Translations under genes and position numbers: made by a program
NCBI GenBank assembly: GCA_030428565.1
Contig: JAUIDR010000007.1
Span: 18,504 to 82,503 of the forward strand
Source: Alphaproteobacteria bacterium
GTDB lineage: Bacteria; Pseudomonadota; Alphaproteobacteria; UBA7985; JAUIBT01
Direction: 5' to 3'
DNA: 64,000 bases
Part shown: positions 1 to 9,405 of the stretch, piece after piece
Layout: each line of letters opens with the position of its first letter
Position numbering within the stretch: position 1 is the first letter of the stretch
The notes under the pieces: generated by a model
What the model was told of the DNA's origin: nothing
The model's input: only the letters and a program-made list of their open reading frames with translations
The model's database searches: none

Positions 1-34
1 TTCTGGCTCCAGTCCCAATTCTGGCTCCAGTCCC
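1..34. repeat. 18-bp tandem repeat, about 2 copies (ttctggctccagtcccaa), at the window edge
   Basis: Direct reading. It lies in the open frame leading into pdeM and would encode SGSSPN/SGSSPW. Confidence 0.6.
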
Positions 35-745
35 TGGCTGACCCCGCTGTCATTTGCCGGACAAAGCTTCCTGGCGCACCCAAGCGGCGCATTGATATGG
101 CCTGCTCACAACTGCGTTATCGTCGCCGACATGCACCTTGAGAAGGCCTCGGGGCTGGCGGAAACCGGTCAGTTCCTGCCGCCTTACGATTCGCAGCGCA
201 CCTTGGAGCGACTGGAAAACCTAGTCGTGAGCGCGTCGCAGACCGTCGAGGGCAGCCGCCGTATAGTGACCCTGGTCTTTCTTGGCGACAGCTTTCAAGA
301 CGAGCGCGCTGCCGCCCGTTTATCTGACGTGCTGGCCGCTCGCTTGCAGCGTTTGGCAGAGCGCTTTCGTCTTGTGTGGATCGCTGGCAATCACGATCCC
401 CACGATGCCGGCTTAGTCCAGCACAACCTGCCCGGTGAGGTTCATTCGGAGCTGCAGTGGTCGGGTATCGCCTTGCGCCATGAGCCCCGCACGACGCCTG
501 AAATGGCGGGTGAGCCCGAAATCATTGGCCATTTTCATCCTAAGGCCCGGGTCAATGGGCGCGGACGGGGGTTTAGCCGCCCCTGTTTTTTGGTTGGCCG
601 CAGGCGCTTAATCCTGCCCGCCTTCGGAACCTACGTCGGCGGACTTAAAACGAATGATCCCGCCATTCGGGGGCTTTTCGAGACCCCGGTCGCGACATAT
701 GTGCTTGGGCGAACCCGGGTCCAGCGGTTGGCGCGGTCTGGCTAA
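2..745 (+). CDS. pdeM: ligase-associated DNA damage response metallophosphoesterase PdeM (5' end probably outside the window)
   Basis: The frame is open from the window edge, with no in-frame ATG/GTG before the TTG at 92. Calcineurin-like phosphoesterase motifs are present: VADMHLEKAS, FLGDSF, AGNHDPHD, GHFHPKA. Confidence 0.65.
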   Translation, partial: SGSSPNSGSSPWLTPLSFAGQSFLAHPSGALIWPAHNCVIVADMHLEKASGLAETGQFLPPYDSQRTLERLENLVVSASQTVEGSRRIVTLVFLGDSFQDERAAARLSDVLAARLQRLAERFRLVWIAGNHDPHDAGLVQHNLPGEVHSELQWSGIALRHEPRTTPEMAGEPEIIGHFHPKARVNGRGRGFSRPCFLVGRRRLILPAFGTYVGGLKTNDPAIRGLFETPVATYVLGRTRVQRLARSG

Positions 746-839
746 CACAACACTCAAAGGGACTTGGCGTTGCGGCTCTGATCGCGTTTGACGAGGCGCG
801 CGGAGCGACGCGGCATTGAGTGAGGAAGAGAGGCAAATC

Positions 840-2297
840 ATGCCCGCAACCGTCTTTTGGTTTCGAAACGATCTCAGGCTGGCCGACAATCCTGGCTTGC
901 TGGCGGCCAGCCAGGATGCCGAGCGCGGCGGCGGCTTGATCCTGCTTTATATCTTGGACCCGCAAGAGCTTGGCGACGATTGGCCGTTGGGCGGGGCGGC
1001 TCAATGGTGGTTGGCTCAGGCGTTGGACGATCTGGCGCGTCGCGTTCGCAGCTTCGGTGGGCAGCTCCATATCGCCAAAGGGCCCGCCGAAGACGTGCTA
1101 ACCGACCTGGCCCAGCGTCATTCTGTGGTCCGCCTGCACTGCAATCGCTCTTATGTGCCCGCGACCTGCGCGCGGGATGCCTCGGTAAAACGGGCCTTGG
1201 CTGCGAATGGCGTCGAGGTCATCACCCACCAAGGCAATGTCTTGGTGGAGCCGGGCAGCCTTCGCTCGCGCTCCGGCGGGCCCTTCAAAGTCTTTACTCC
1301 GTTTTGGAAAACCCTGGTGGCCGAACTCGAAAGCTGCGGGCAGGCGGCCCTGACGCCCTTGCCCGAGCCCGGCCGTTTGCGCTTTGCAAAGCAGGTGGGT
1401 GCCTTTCGCGGGCAATGCGACATTCGACAACTCGGCCTGGTGGACGAGCGTGCGCGCTGGAGCGAGAAACTTGGCAATCATTGGCAAGTGGGCGAAGAGG
1501 GCGCGCAGGATCGCCTGGACAGCTTTTTGCAGGCAGGGATTGCAGGCTACGCCGACTTGCGCAATCGCCCTGACTTGGCACACGTCTCCCGGTTTTCGCC
1601 TTACCTGCGTTGGGGCCATATCACGCCGCGCCAAATTTGGAACCGACTGGACCAAGCACCGTCTTCAGCCGCCGAGAGCCCTCGGGACCGGGCGGTCTTC
1701 TTGTCCGAACTCGGCTGGCGCGAGTTTTCTTATGAGCTGCTGCACCAATTTCCCGAGCTGCCGCGTGCCAATTGGCGGCCTGCATTTGATGCTTATCCCT
1801 GGCAAGAAAACACCTCCGCGCTGCGCGCGTGGCAAGAAGCGCGCACGGGTTATCCGCTGGTTGATGCGGGTATGCGCCAGTTGTGGCAAGAAGGTTGGAT
1901 GCACAATCGCCTGCGCATGGTGACGGCCTCGTTTTTGATCAAGCATCTGCAGATTGATTGGCGAGCGGGCCAAGCTTGGTTTTGGGACACCCTAGTCGAT
2001 GCCGACTTGGCCTCCAATGCTGCTTCCTGGCAGTGGGTTGCGGGTTCTGGTGCCGATGCGGCGCCTTATTTCCGTATTTTCAACCCCATAACTCAAGCCA
2101 AGAAGTTCGACCCGGAAGGCCGCTTTATCCGTCGCAACCTGCCCGCATTGCGTGAGCTTGGCACGCCAGAGATTTTCGAACCCTGGAGCCTTAAGACCCC
2201 ACCCAAGGGCTACCCACCGCCGCTTGTTGAGCATGGCGCTGCGCGACAGCGCGCTCTTGCGGGGTACGAGGCGGTGCGCCAGGCCTCCGAGGGATGA
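840..2297 (+). CDS. phrB: deoxyribodipyrimidine photolyase (cryptochrome/photolyase family)
   Basis: N-terminus VFWFRNDLRLADNPGL. C-terminal FAD-binding motifs: GYPLVDAGMRQLW..GWMHNRLRM, WQWVAGSGADAAPYFRIFNP. The ATG at 840 is preceded by gaggaagagagg. Confidence 0.9.
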   Translation: MPATVFWFRNDLRLADNPGLLAASQDAERGGGLILLYILDPQELGDDWPLGGAAQWWLAQALDDLARRVRSFGGQLHIAKGPAEDVLTDLAQRHSVVRLHCNRSYVPATCARDASVKRALAANGVEVITHQGNVLVEPGSLRSRSGGPFKVFTPFWKTLVAELESCGQAALTPLPEPGRLRFAKQVGAFRGQCDIRQLGLVDERARWSEKLGNHWQVGEEGAQDRLDSFLQAGIAGYADLRNRPDLAHVSRFSPYLRWGHITPRQIWNRLDQAPSSAAESPRDRAVFLSELGWREFSYELLHQFPELPRANWRPAFDAYPWQENTSALRAWQEARTGYPLVDAGMRQLWQEGWMHNRLRMVTASFLIKHLQIDWRAGQAWFWDTLVDADLASNAASWQWVAGSGADAAPYFRIFNPITQAKKFDPEGRFIRRNLPALRELGTPEIFEPWSLKTPPKGYPPPLVEHGAARQRALAGYEAVRQASEG

Positions 2298-2410
2298 TCG
2301 CGCCCTGCGCTTGATGCAGCTTCCCAAGTTTCACCAAGATCGCGGCTTAGGTTTCTTTTGATACTCATAAGCCGGGTCTTTGCGCCCGGAAAGCTGTATG
2401 GGAGAATGCT

Positions 2411-3424
2411 TTGCCGCGCATGCTGATAGTCCTGCTGATCCTGGTCGCTGGGGGAACGGCGAGCCTGCCCGGCTGGGCCCAGACAGCTAATCCACCGGCC
2501 CACGCCATTTTCGTAACGCCCTTCAGCTATGATGGTCTGCGCGCCGAGCTGTTCGAGCCGGTCTATGCCATGATGAGCGACTTCTCGCGCTTGCAGCCAG
2601 AAGGGCAGTTCTGCGCCGAGTACGATGCCGCGTGTCGATTGGATAGCGCCACCTTTAAGCATTTGACCAGCAAGGTTCCCGGTACGCCCGTTTACTTGGA
2701 AGAAATGAGCCTCAAGCGATTGTCTGAGCTGTTGTTCTTTCCGTTGGTCGCCTCGCACGATAAGTCACTGCTCAATTACGCAGCGCGCAAGGGTTATCTG
2801 CGCACCTACGGGCGTGTATTACGCCGCGAATGCATCGACGAAGCGGAGATAGGGGCCTACCTGCAATTTTTGGGCGCTCTGGCCTGGCGCGCACGCGGCG
2901 GCGGTCTATACAACAAGACGGGCCAGTTTTCAGGCCTCTATCGGCGAATTTTTGGCTGGGAGGCCTGGCGGGTGCTAGCACGCCGCTATGGGCTTGATCG
3001 TCAAAGCGCGGGCCAGCTCGGCCAGCTCATGTTCGAGGGGCTCAAGGAGCCATGGGGCGAATGGATTGACGTTGGCCGTGCCAAAAGGCCGATTAACGAC
3101 AACGCCCACACCGGGACCATCGACTCAGATTTTCATAATTTGCGCAAGCGCGGGCGGCGTCTGGTGCAAGAGCAAGTCGCCTACCTGGAAGCCAATGGCG
3201 CCAATCCCAAGCCCTTGTGGCAAGCAGGCGACCAAATGGGTGCCTGTTATCTGTTGGCCTGGAACGTTTTCAGAGATCGCGCGACTTTGGGGGCCAATCT
3301 GGCCGGGCGCATGAGCCCCATCGCTGACAGTCCGATCGCCTGGGGTGAGATTTGTATGGGCGCGACTTTGGCCTTTGGCCTCACCCACACCCTGGCTGCC
3401 AATTATCAGTGCAAGAAGGACTAG
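2411..3424 (+). CDS. hypothetical secreted protein
   Basis: 337-aa ORF. The N-terminus MLIVLLILVAGGTASLPGWAQ looks like a signal peptide. I recognise no family. Confidence 0.45.
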   Translation: MPRMLIVLLILVAGGTASLPGWAQTANPPAHAIFVTPFSYDGLRAELFEPVYAMMSDFSRLQPEGQFCAEYDAACRLDSATFKHLTSKVPGTPVYLEEMSLKRLSELLFFPLVASHDKSLLNYAARKGYLRTYGRVLRRECIDEAEIGAYLQFLGALAWRARGGGLYNKTGQFSGLYRRIFGWEAWRVLARRYGLDRQSAGQLGQLMFEGLKEPWGEWIDVGRAKRPINDNAHTGTIDSDFHNLRKRGRRLVQEQVAYLEANGANPKPLWQAGDQMGACYLLAWNVFRDRATLGANLAGRMSPIADSPIAWGEICMGATLAFGLTHTLAANYQCKKD

Positions 3425-3552
3425 GTTGGCAATACTAGGCTGGCAAGGCTAGATCGGCCTGCTTTGCTGGCACTGTCTGACCTGAGATTGTTGCAACCAC
3501 CTTGCAAGCCTCATGCGCACGGACTTGCTCGGGGTCATTGGCGGGTAGCGGC

Positions 3553-4083
3553 CTACATGCGTAGGCCTTCATAGCGCACAAAATCCACCGCCATTTGGTG
3601 GTTGGTAAATTCATCAAGCGTCAGGGCGCCGCTGTTATCGCTGTCGAGCGCTTGGTAGTTGCGGGTGTAGCGCGCGACAAACTCATCTTGGCTCAAGTGA
3701 CCGTTCTTGTCGCCATCGTAAGCGGTGAATTCGGCTTCCAGCAGCGCTTCGCCGTCGTCTAGCTCCTCGATTGGCACGGGCATGATGGCGGAATAATTGA
3801 GGAAAAACTCCTCGTCATCGACCTGCCCATTGTCGTTGGTGTCCATGCTCAAAAAGACGTAGGAGAAATAAAATGCCATCTCCGCTTCGGTCAGAAGGCC
3901 GGAAAAATTGACGTCCATTGTCGCGAAGATCAGCTCTGCGAGGCTGGCTTCGTCGGGCTCTTCGAACTTAGCGCCGGATTGGGCAAAGCTCGCCTGCGTG
4001 CTAGCGATCAGCATGACGGCCGTTAAAGGCGCGGCGAGCTTGGAGACAACAAAAGAAGACAAACGAGGGGCGAGGGCCAACAT
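3553..4083 (-). CDS. secreted EF-hand calcium-binding protein (four EF-hand loops)
   Basis: Signal-like N-terminus MLALAPRLSSFVVSKLAAPLTAVMLIASTQASFAQ. EF loops: DVNFSGLLTEAE, DTNDNGQVDDEE, DGDKNGHLSQDE, DSDNSGALTLDE. Confidence 0.75.
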   Translation of the reverse strand: MLALAPRLSSFVVSKLAAPLTAVMLIASTQASFAQSGAKFEEPDEASLAELIFATMDVNFSGLLTEAEMAFYFSYVFLSMDTNDNGQVDDEEFFLNYSAIMPVPIEELDDGEALLEAEFTAYDGDKNGHLSQDEFVARYTRNYQALDSDNSGALTLDEFTNHQMAVDFVRYEGLRM

Positions 4084-4158
4084 GCCAGGTTCCTTACACT
4101 GCAACAGGATACCTGGCATGCGCCGCTGTGTGCGCTAGGTCAAGCCGCAGCCGGCGCG

Positions 4159-5019
4159 CTAGGCCTGATCTGACGCGCTTGTGAGCGCGATGACGCCCAT
4201 CATGCGACCGAAGTCAGGCAAGCCGTTCTGGCGGGCGTGGCGGTATGAAAAAAAGCGATCGGCTTGGGTCAGAGTGTCTTGGTCCAAATTGTCCACTTGG
4301 CCCAAACCCAATGCTGATAGCTGGCTTTCGATATAGCCAGGCAGGTCGAACAGATGGTGCCCCTTGCGGTCAGGCGACGGTTTGAAAAAGCGCGCGTTGG
4401 CGCTGGACTGTGCCAAGATCGGAGCCGGGAAATCGGGGCCAACCTCATAGGAATCCCAAGCGATGGTCGGCCCCAGAGCGGCGACCAAGTCCTGTGCTTG
4501 GCTGCCCGCCTGTACCAGGGCTGCAACCAGGTTTTCCAGTACCCCGCCGATGGCCCCCTTCCAACCTGCGTGCGCGGCACCGATGCGCGCATTGCGCCGG
4601 TCGGCGATCAGAACGGGACAGCAGTCGGCGGCCATGACGCCAAGGCAGTGGCCAGCGGTATCGCTCCACAGTCCGTCGGCTTCTGGCAGAGCCTGCACAT
4701 CATACGGGGCGCTCCATACGGTCTCGGGCAGCGATTGGGCCTGCATGATGCGTGTACCATGGACCTGATGCACGGACAGGATCGGGCCTTCGCCCAGCGC
4801 TTGGGTCACGCGTTGACGGTTTTCGGCGACATTGTCGGGCGTGTCATCGCCCCGATAGGAGAGATTGAGCGCATTTTGGCCGAAGGATACCCCACCGTGA
4901 CGGGTCGTAAAGCCGTGTACCAGGCCCTCAATCTGCGCCAAAGCGGGCGAGGTCAGCAGAGTTGGGGTCGCGTTACTGGCGGATTGCGACGGGGACGATG
5001 AAAGGGTGGATTGGTCCAA
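4159..5019 (-). CDS. pgeF: peptidoglycan editing factor PgeF (YfiH / laccase-domain family)
   Basis: Family motifs: VHQVHGTRI, ADGLWSD....MAADCCPVLI, AHAGWKG. Confidence 0.85.
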   Translation of the reverse strand: MDQSTLSSSPSQSASNATPTLLTSPALAQIEGLVHGFTTRHGGVSFGQNALNLSYRGDDTPDNVAENRQRVTQALGEGPILSVHQVHGTRIMQAQSLPETVWSAPYDVQALPEADGLWSDTAGHCLGVMAADCCPVLIADRRNARIGAAHAGWKGAIGGVLENLVAALVQAGSQAQDLVAALGPTIAWDSYEVGPDFPAPILAQSSANARFFKPSPDRKGHHLFDLPGYIESQLSALGLGQVDNLDQDTLTQADRFFSYRHARQNGLPDFGRMMGVIALTSASDQA

Positions 5020-5034
5020 AACGCGGGCTCCCGA

Positions 5035-6168
5035 TTACAAAAGGGCAGGGCAGGACTTACCGCGAATAGCCAGGGCTTGGAAGAGGCTTCCCATGCCCTG
5101 TGGGTCAGTTAGGCGCTGCCAAGCCGCAAGAGGCTCCTCGCTTTGCGGTGAGGGCGGTTCGCCGAAACGCTGCAAAAACGCGCCCTGTGCCATTGGGCCG
5201 TCGAGGGGTGCCAGCCCGCCTTGCTGCTCCTGGCAAAAGGCGAGTAACCAAGCAAAATTGACCCGCGTCGTCAGGTCGGCCTGGCCGACAGTTGCCAGCA
5301 CGGGGACTTTGCTGTGACTGACGATGGCTTGTAGCGTATCGCCGGTCTCAAGGGCCGGAGGACCATAGTCAATAAACAAGGCCGCGCTAGGTTCTTGGCT
5401 GAGATCGCGGGTCAAGAAGTCGAACAAGCTGGCGGCCTCGCAGGGAATCTCCACTAAGGCACCGTCGGGTAGCGCGTCCAAGGCTTGGCGCATCGAGGCA
5501 GGCCAAAACACCGGGCGGAGCTGGGCGGCCAGTGGCAGCCTTGCCGCCTCGCTGCTGTTGAGTTCAGGCCCCAAGATAAAGGCCAAATCATCACCGCGCC
5601 GGTCCACGCAACGCAAGTGCCATTGACCCTTGTGTTTGATGATTTGCTCTATAGCCAGGGTGTCCAGGAACTCGTTGCCGACCAGGATCTTGGCGCCCTC
5701 GGGAATTTCTGACCAGTGTTCGAACCAAGTCGGGGCGGCGGTGCCCAGGCGCTCAGCTTGTTGGCGTCGCAAGCTGGGTGAGACATCGCAGAGCGCCAGT
5801 CGCGCCGCCGCTGCACAGTCTTGCGATAGGCTGGCGATAAGGTCTTGCATCATGACCCCGCGCCCTGGCCCCAGCTCTATGAGCCAGAAGGGATCGGGTT
5901 CACCCAGCGCGTGCCAGGCTTGCTCGACCCAATGGCCAACGGCTTGACCAAATCGGTGCGAAATCTCGGGCGAGGTGATGAAATCGGCGCTGCGACCGAT
6001 GGCAGGCTTGTGACGATAATAACCGTGATCGGGATCTTGCAGAGCAAAGCGCAATAGCTGGCTGATGGGCATGGGCCCGCGCCGCGCGAGCTCACTATCT
6101 AAGGCCGCATGAATAGCGGCCTGGCTCTCGACCGGGTCGGCAGGGGGCGAAAATGGATCTTGGCTCAT
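5035..6168 (-). CDS. class I SAM-dependent methyltransferase, MidA/NDUFAF7 (DUF185) family
   Basis: Motif DFITSPEISHRFGQ and LIELGPGRGVMM. Conserved alphaproteobacterial position between lgt and pgeF. Confidence 0.75.
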   Translation of the reverse strand: MSQDPFSPPADPVESQAAIHAALDSELARRGPMPISQLLRFALQDPDHGYYRHKPAIGRSADFITSPEISHRFGQAVGHWVEQAWHALGEPDPFWLIELGPGRGVMMQDLIASLSQDCAAAARLALCDVSPSLRRQQAERLGTAAPTWFEHWSEIPEGAKILVGNEFLDTLAIEQIIKHKGQWHLRCVDRRGDDLAFILGPELNSSEAARLPLAAQLRPVFWPASMRQALDALPDGALVEIPCEAASLFDFLTRDLSQEPSAALFIDYGPPALETGDTLQAIVSHSKVPVLATVGQADLTTRVNFAWLLAFCQEQQGGLAPLDGPMAQGAFLQRFGEPPSPQSEEPLAAWQRLTDPQGMGSLFQALAIRGKSCPALL

Positions 6169-7022
6169 GCGGTTTTTCCTGCTTCCAGCGGTTGCTTGCC
6201 GCGCCAGATCAGGAGCGAGAGACCGATGATAATGAGCGGGATGGAATAGAGCTGGCCGTAGCTCATCCAGCCGAAGATAAATTGCAGATGCGCGTCGGGC
6301 TCACGGAAGAACTCGACGAAAAAGCGCGCCACGCCGTAGCCTGCCATGAAGACACCCATAATGCTGCCAGGCCGGTTGCGCAGCGCCGCGACCCGATAGA
6401 GGCTAAAGACTAAGGCGAAGAGCCACAGGCCTTCTAGAGCGGCTTCGTAGAGCTGTGAGGGGTGGCGGGCCACCTCGGGATAGCGCTCTTGCCAGGCGAC
6501 AGGAATGGGAAAGATCACGCCCCAAGGCATGTCGGTTGGGCGGCCCCACAGCTCGCCATTGATAAAGTTGGCGATGCGGCCAAAAAACAGGCCAACCGGC
6601 GCGGCTACCGCCAGCATGTCGGCAAAACGCAGCAAGGGCAGCTTCAGCGCCCGGCAATAGAGCCAGGTCGCGATAATGACGCCGATGAAGCCACCATGAA
6701 AGGACATGCCGCCTTCCAACAGATTAAAGATACGAAGGGGCTCAGCCAGGTAGCTGGAAAAATCATAGAGTAGGACGTAACCCAGTCGGCCACCGACAAC
6801 GATGCCCAAAGCCGCATAGCCCACGAAGTCCGAAAAGTGGCTGACCTCTTTATCCGCTCGCAAGCCGCTCTCGTTGCCGTAGGCCTTGGTCAGGCGAATG
6901 CAGATGAACCAGCCCAGCAAGATCCCGGCCAGATAGGCCAGTGCATACCAGCGGATGCCAAAGTTGCCCCAAATATGGATGGCAATGGGATCAAAGTTCG
7001 GGAAGGGGATACCGTTTTGCAT
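6165..7022 (-). CDS. lgt: prolipoprotein diacylglyceryl transferase
   Basis: IRWYALAYLAGIL, GGRLGYVL, MSFHGGFIGV, GRIANFINGELWGRPT, HPSQLYEA. 4-bp overlap with the downstream gene. Confidence 0.92.
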   Translation of the reverse strand: MQNGIPFPNFDPIAIHIWGNFGIRWYALAYLAGILLGWFICIRLTKAYGNESGLRADKEVSHFSDFVGYAALGIVVGGRLGYVLLYDFSSYLAEPLRIFNLLEGGMSFHGGFIGVIIATWLYCRALKLPLLRFADMLAVAAPVGLFFGRIANFINGELWGRPTDMPWGVIFPIPVAWQERYPEVARHPSQLYEAALEGLWLFALVFSLYRVAALRNRPGSIMGVFMAGYGVARFFVEFFREPDAHLQFIFGWMSYGQLYSIPLIIIGLSLLIWRGKQPLEAGKTA

Positions 7023-7314
7023 AGGCTCTTTGGGTCTGATCTGAGGTTAGGAAGGGGTGACGCTGCGGGCGGCCCAGCGGGACGACCTGTTTGCGGTGCT
7101 AGAAAAGCGGAACCAGTAAAGGGGAACCAGCGAGGACTGCCAATTGTTGCCAGCATAGCATGACCGCTGAACCTGCCGTGCCAAGATTGCGCCGTGCGTC
7201 CAAATGCGGCGGGGCCTGTCGGGCGCTGTGCCTGCAGGCAAACTTGCATTCTTTTGCGCTAAGCGCCATGTCAGAAGCAATCAAGTTTCATTTACGCTGA
7301 CAAGAGGAACAGCC

Positions 7315-7563
7315 ATGCAAGGCCCCCGAATTTTTGACGATATGGCGCGCGTAGCCCAAGGCGCGGTTGGTGCCGCCAGCGGCGTTCGCACCGAAATCGA
7401 AGCTTTGGTCCGCCAGCGGATGGAGCGCCACTTGGACAAGATGAACCTGGTCAGCCGCGAAGAGTTTGATGTGGTCAAGGAAATGGCCGAGCGCGCACGC
7501 CAGGAAAACGAGAACTTGAAGCAACGCTTGAGCGAATTAGAGCAACGCGTGCAGAACTTGTGA
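7315..7563 (+). CDS. accessory factor UbiK family protein (BMFP-like coiled coil)
   Basis: MQGPRIFDDMARVAQGAVG...VSREEFDVVKEMAERARQENENLKQRLSELE resembles Brucella BMFP/UbiK as I recall it. The ATG at 7315 is preceded by agaggaac. Confidence 0.7.
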   Translation: MQGPRIFDDMARVAQGAVGAASGVRTEIEALVRQRMERHLDKMNLVSREEFDVVKEMAERARQENENLKQRLSELEQRVQNL

Positions 7564-7915
7564 CGATGCAATCCTAGCGGGCGCGAAGTTTTGAACTTTC
7601 TCGTTTTGAATCAACGCTTTGCAAAATGAGGGCAAAATCGCAAATTTGGAAGGAATAAGGCGCAAGCGGCAAATTTTAGGCGGCTAGGCGTCCTTATTCG
7701 CGAGCATGTGCTAACTTCTGGCTGTTATTCATCCCGGCTTATTCACAAGCATCCACTAGGTTTTCCCAAGCACGGGGGCCTTGAGGCAGAAGAGCTTGTG
7801 AGGCTCTACTCTCCAAAGTTGTCAGGCTGCATTTTTTTTTGACAGCGAGTCGGCGAACCCGGACCTTGGCTGTGGGTCGCAACCGTGCCGGCCCTTTTTC
7901 GCGCACTCTAATTTA

Positions 7916-8446
7916 ATGAAAGCGTTCATCGTGCAGTCACCCGTGCTAAAAGATGCAGACGAGCAGCGTATCGCTTACTCGCCGTCTGTTATCGATCAAG
8001 TTGCCGAGGCTATGGTCCTGGCAAACTATCCTGTCCAGCGACAGGGCGATTGCGAACTCCTGATCGACATTTCCGGCGAAATTTCTCGCTACACTTTCTA
8101 TATTTGCTGGTGGCCCGAGCAGAACTGTTTCATGCAGACTGCTATGGTTGATTTGGTCATGGATGACGAAAACGGCGAGCTTTACAAGCTGCTGGCACTC
8201 GTCAATTCGCAGCTCCTCTACGGTCACTTTGACCTAGACCCCGACTTTGGGACTTTGATGTTCCGCCAAACCCAGGTCGTTCCTCAAGACACAAACATGG
8301 CCAAAGAGTTGGTCGACCTGTTTATCCAAGAAGCCGTAGACTACTGCGAGCGCTATTTTGCCTCCTTCTTGCTGGTGCTGCGCGATGGTCGCGACGCCGA
8401 GCAGGCTTTGGTGGATGGCTCCAACGCAATCGACGGCTTGGCCTAA
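7916..8446 (+). CDS. YbjN domain-containing protein
   Basis: C-terminal ...LVNSQLLYGHFDLDPDFGTLMFRQ is typical of the family. Conserved position immediately upstream of proC (stop overlaps the start: TAATG). Confidence 0.6.
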   Translation: MKAFIVQSPVLKDADEQRIAYSPSVIDQVAEAMVLANYPVQRQGDCELLIDISGEISRYTFYICWWPEQNCFMQTAMVDLVMDDENGELYKLLALVNSQLLYGHFDLDPDFGTLMFRQTQVVPQDTNMAKELVDLFIQEAVDYCERYFASFLLVLRDGRDAEQALVDGSNAIDGLA

Positions 8447-9333
8447 TGAGCGCGCCCAGCGCAGCCGAGCTGTCGGCCCTGGTCGCCAAAAGCGATGGCG
8501 ATTTGGTGTTGGTGGGTTGTGGCAAAATGGGCTCGGCTCTGTTGACCGGGTGGCTGGACGCGGGCCTGCCCGCCGAGCGCGTGCTGTTGATCGACCCCTA
8601 CCAAGAACCGCTGAAGGGCTTTATCGCGCGCGGCTGCCGCTATGCCGCTACCTTGCAAGACGCTAGCCCACAAGACGCGAAACCTGCCCGCGCGCCGCTG
8701 ATGATGATGCTGGCCGTCAAGCCGCAGATGATGGCTGGTGTGCTCGCGAGCGCCGCTGAGTTGGCCGGCGCAGATACCCTCATTCTTTCGATCGCCGCTG
8801 GCATTGGCATGGATCGCTATCAGGCCGCCTTTGGCAGCCATGCCAATATCGTTCGCTTAATGCCCAATACCCCGTCGGCGATTGGCCACGGCATCACCGG
8901 CGCTTATCCAAGCGCATCGGTCTCGGCTGGCCAACGCGATTTGACGGAAGCGTTGTTGGGCGCGTCTGGGCCACTAATTTGGCTGGACGACGAAGCCTTG
9001 ATGCACGCTGTGACCGCGATTTCTGGATCGGGCCCGGCCTACGTCTTCCACATGATCGAAGCCATGAGCCAAGCGGGCCAAGATCTGGGGCTTAGCGCCG
9101 AGATGGCGCATAAATTGGCCGAAGCTACGGTCGCCGGCGCGGGCCAGCTCGCCATACGCTCCGATGAGAGCCCCGCGCAATTGCGCAAGAACGTGACCAG
9201 CCCCAAAGGGACGACCGAGGCGGGCCTAGCGGTGTTGATGGGCGAAGACGCGCGCGGCACGGCCGGATTGGGCGAATTGATCGGCAAAACGGCCAAAGCC
9301 GCTTACGATCGTTCGGTTGAGTTGGCGGGCTAA
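8446..9333 (+). CDS. proC: pyrroline-5-carboxylate reductase
   Basis: LVGCGKMGSALL Rossmann motif. MPNTPSAIGHGITG, ISGSGPAYVF, VTSPKGTTEAGL. Confidence 0.9.
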   Translation: MSAPSAAELSALVAKSDGDLVLVGCGKMGSALLTGWLDAGLPAERVLLIDPYQEPLKGFIARGCRYAATLQDASPQDAKPARAPLMMMLAVKPQMMAGVLASAAELAGADTLILSIAAGIGMDRYQAAFGSHANIVRLMPNTPSAIGHGITGAYPSASVSAGQRDLTEALLGASGPLIWLDDEALMHAVTAISGSGPAYVFHMIEAMSQAGQDLGLSAEMAHKLAEATVAGAGQLAIRSDESPAQLRKNVTSPKGTTEAGLAVLMGEDARGTAGLGELIGKTAKAAYDRSVELAG

Positions 9334-9360
9334 TAAGCGCCGACTAGGACGGGTCTTGGC

Positions 9361-9405
9361 CAGACTAAGCTCGATCAGACCAAGCTCGGTCAGACCAAGC
9401 GCGCG
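9361..9405. repeat. imperfect 15-bp tandem repeat x3 (cagaccaagctcggt)
   Basis: Direct reading. It lies between the convergent stops of proC and the GST gene. Confidence 0.6.

Noticed and set aside
7564-7915. 6S RNA or another named sRNA in the ubiK-ybjN intergenic region
   Set aside because: I could not find the extended closing stem and central bubble expected for 6S RNA, nor a clear terminator. It is kept only as a low-confidence candidate in the findings.
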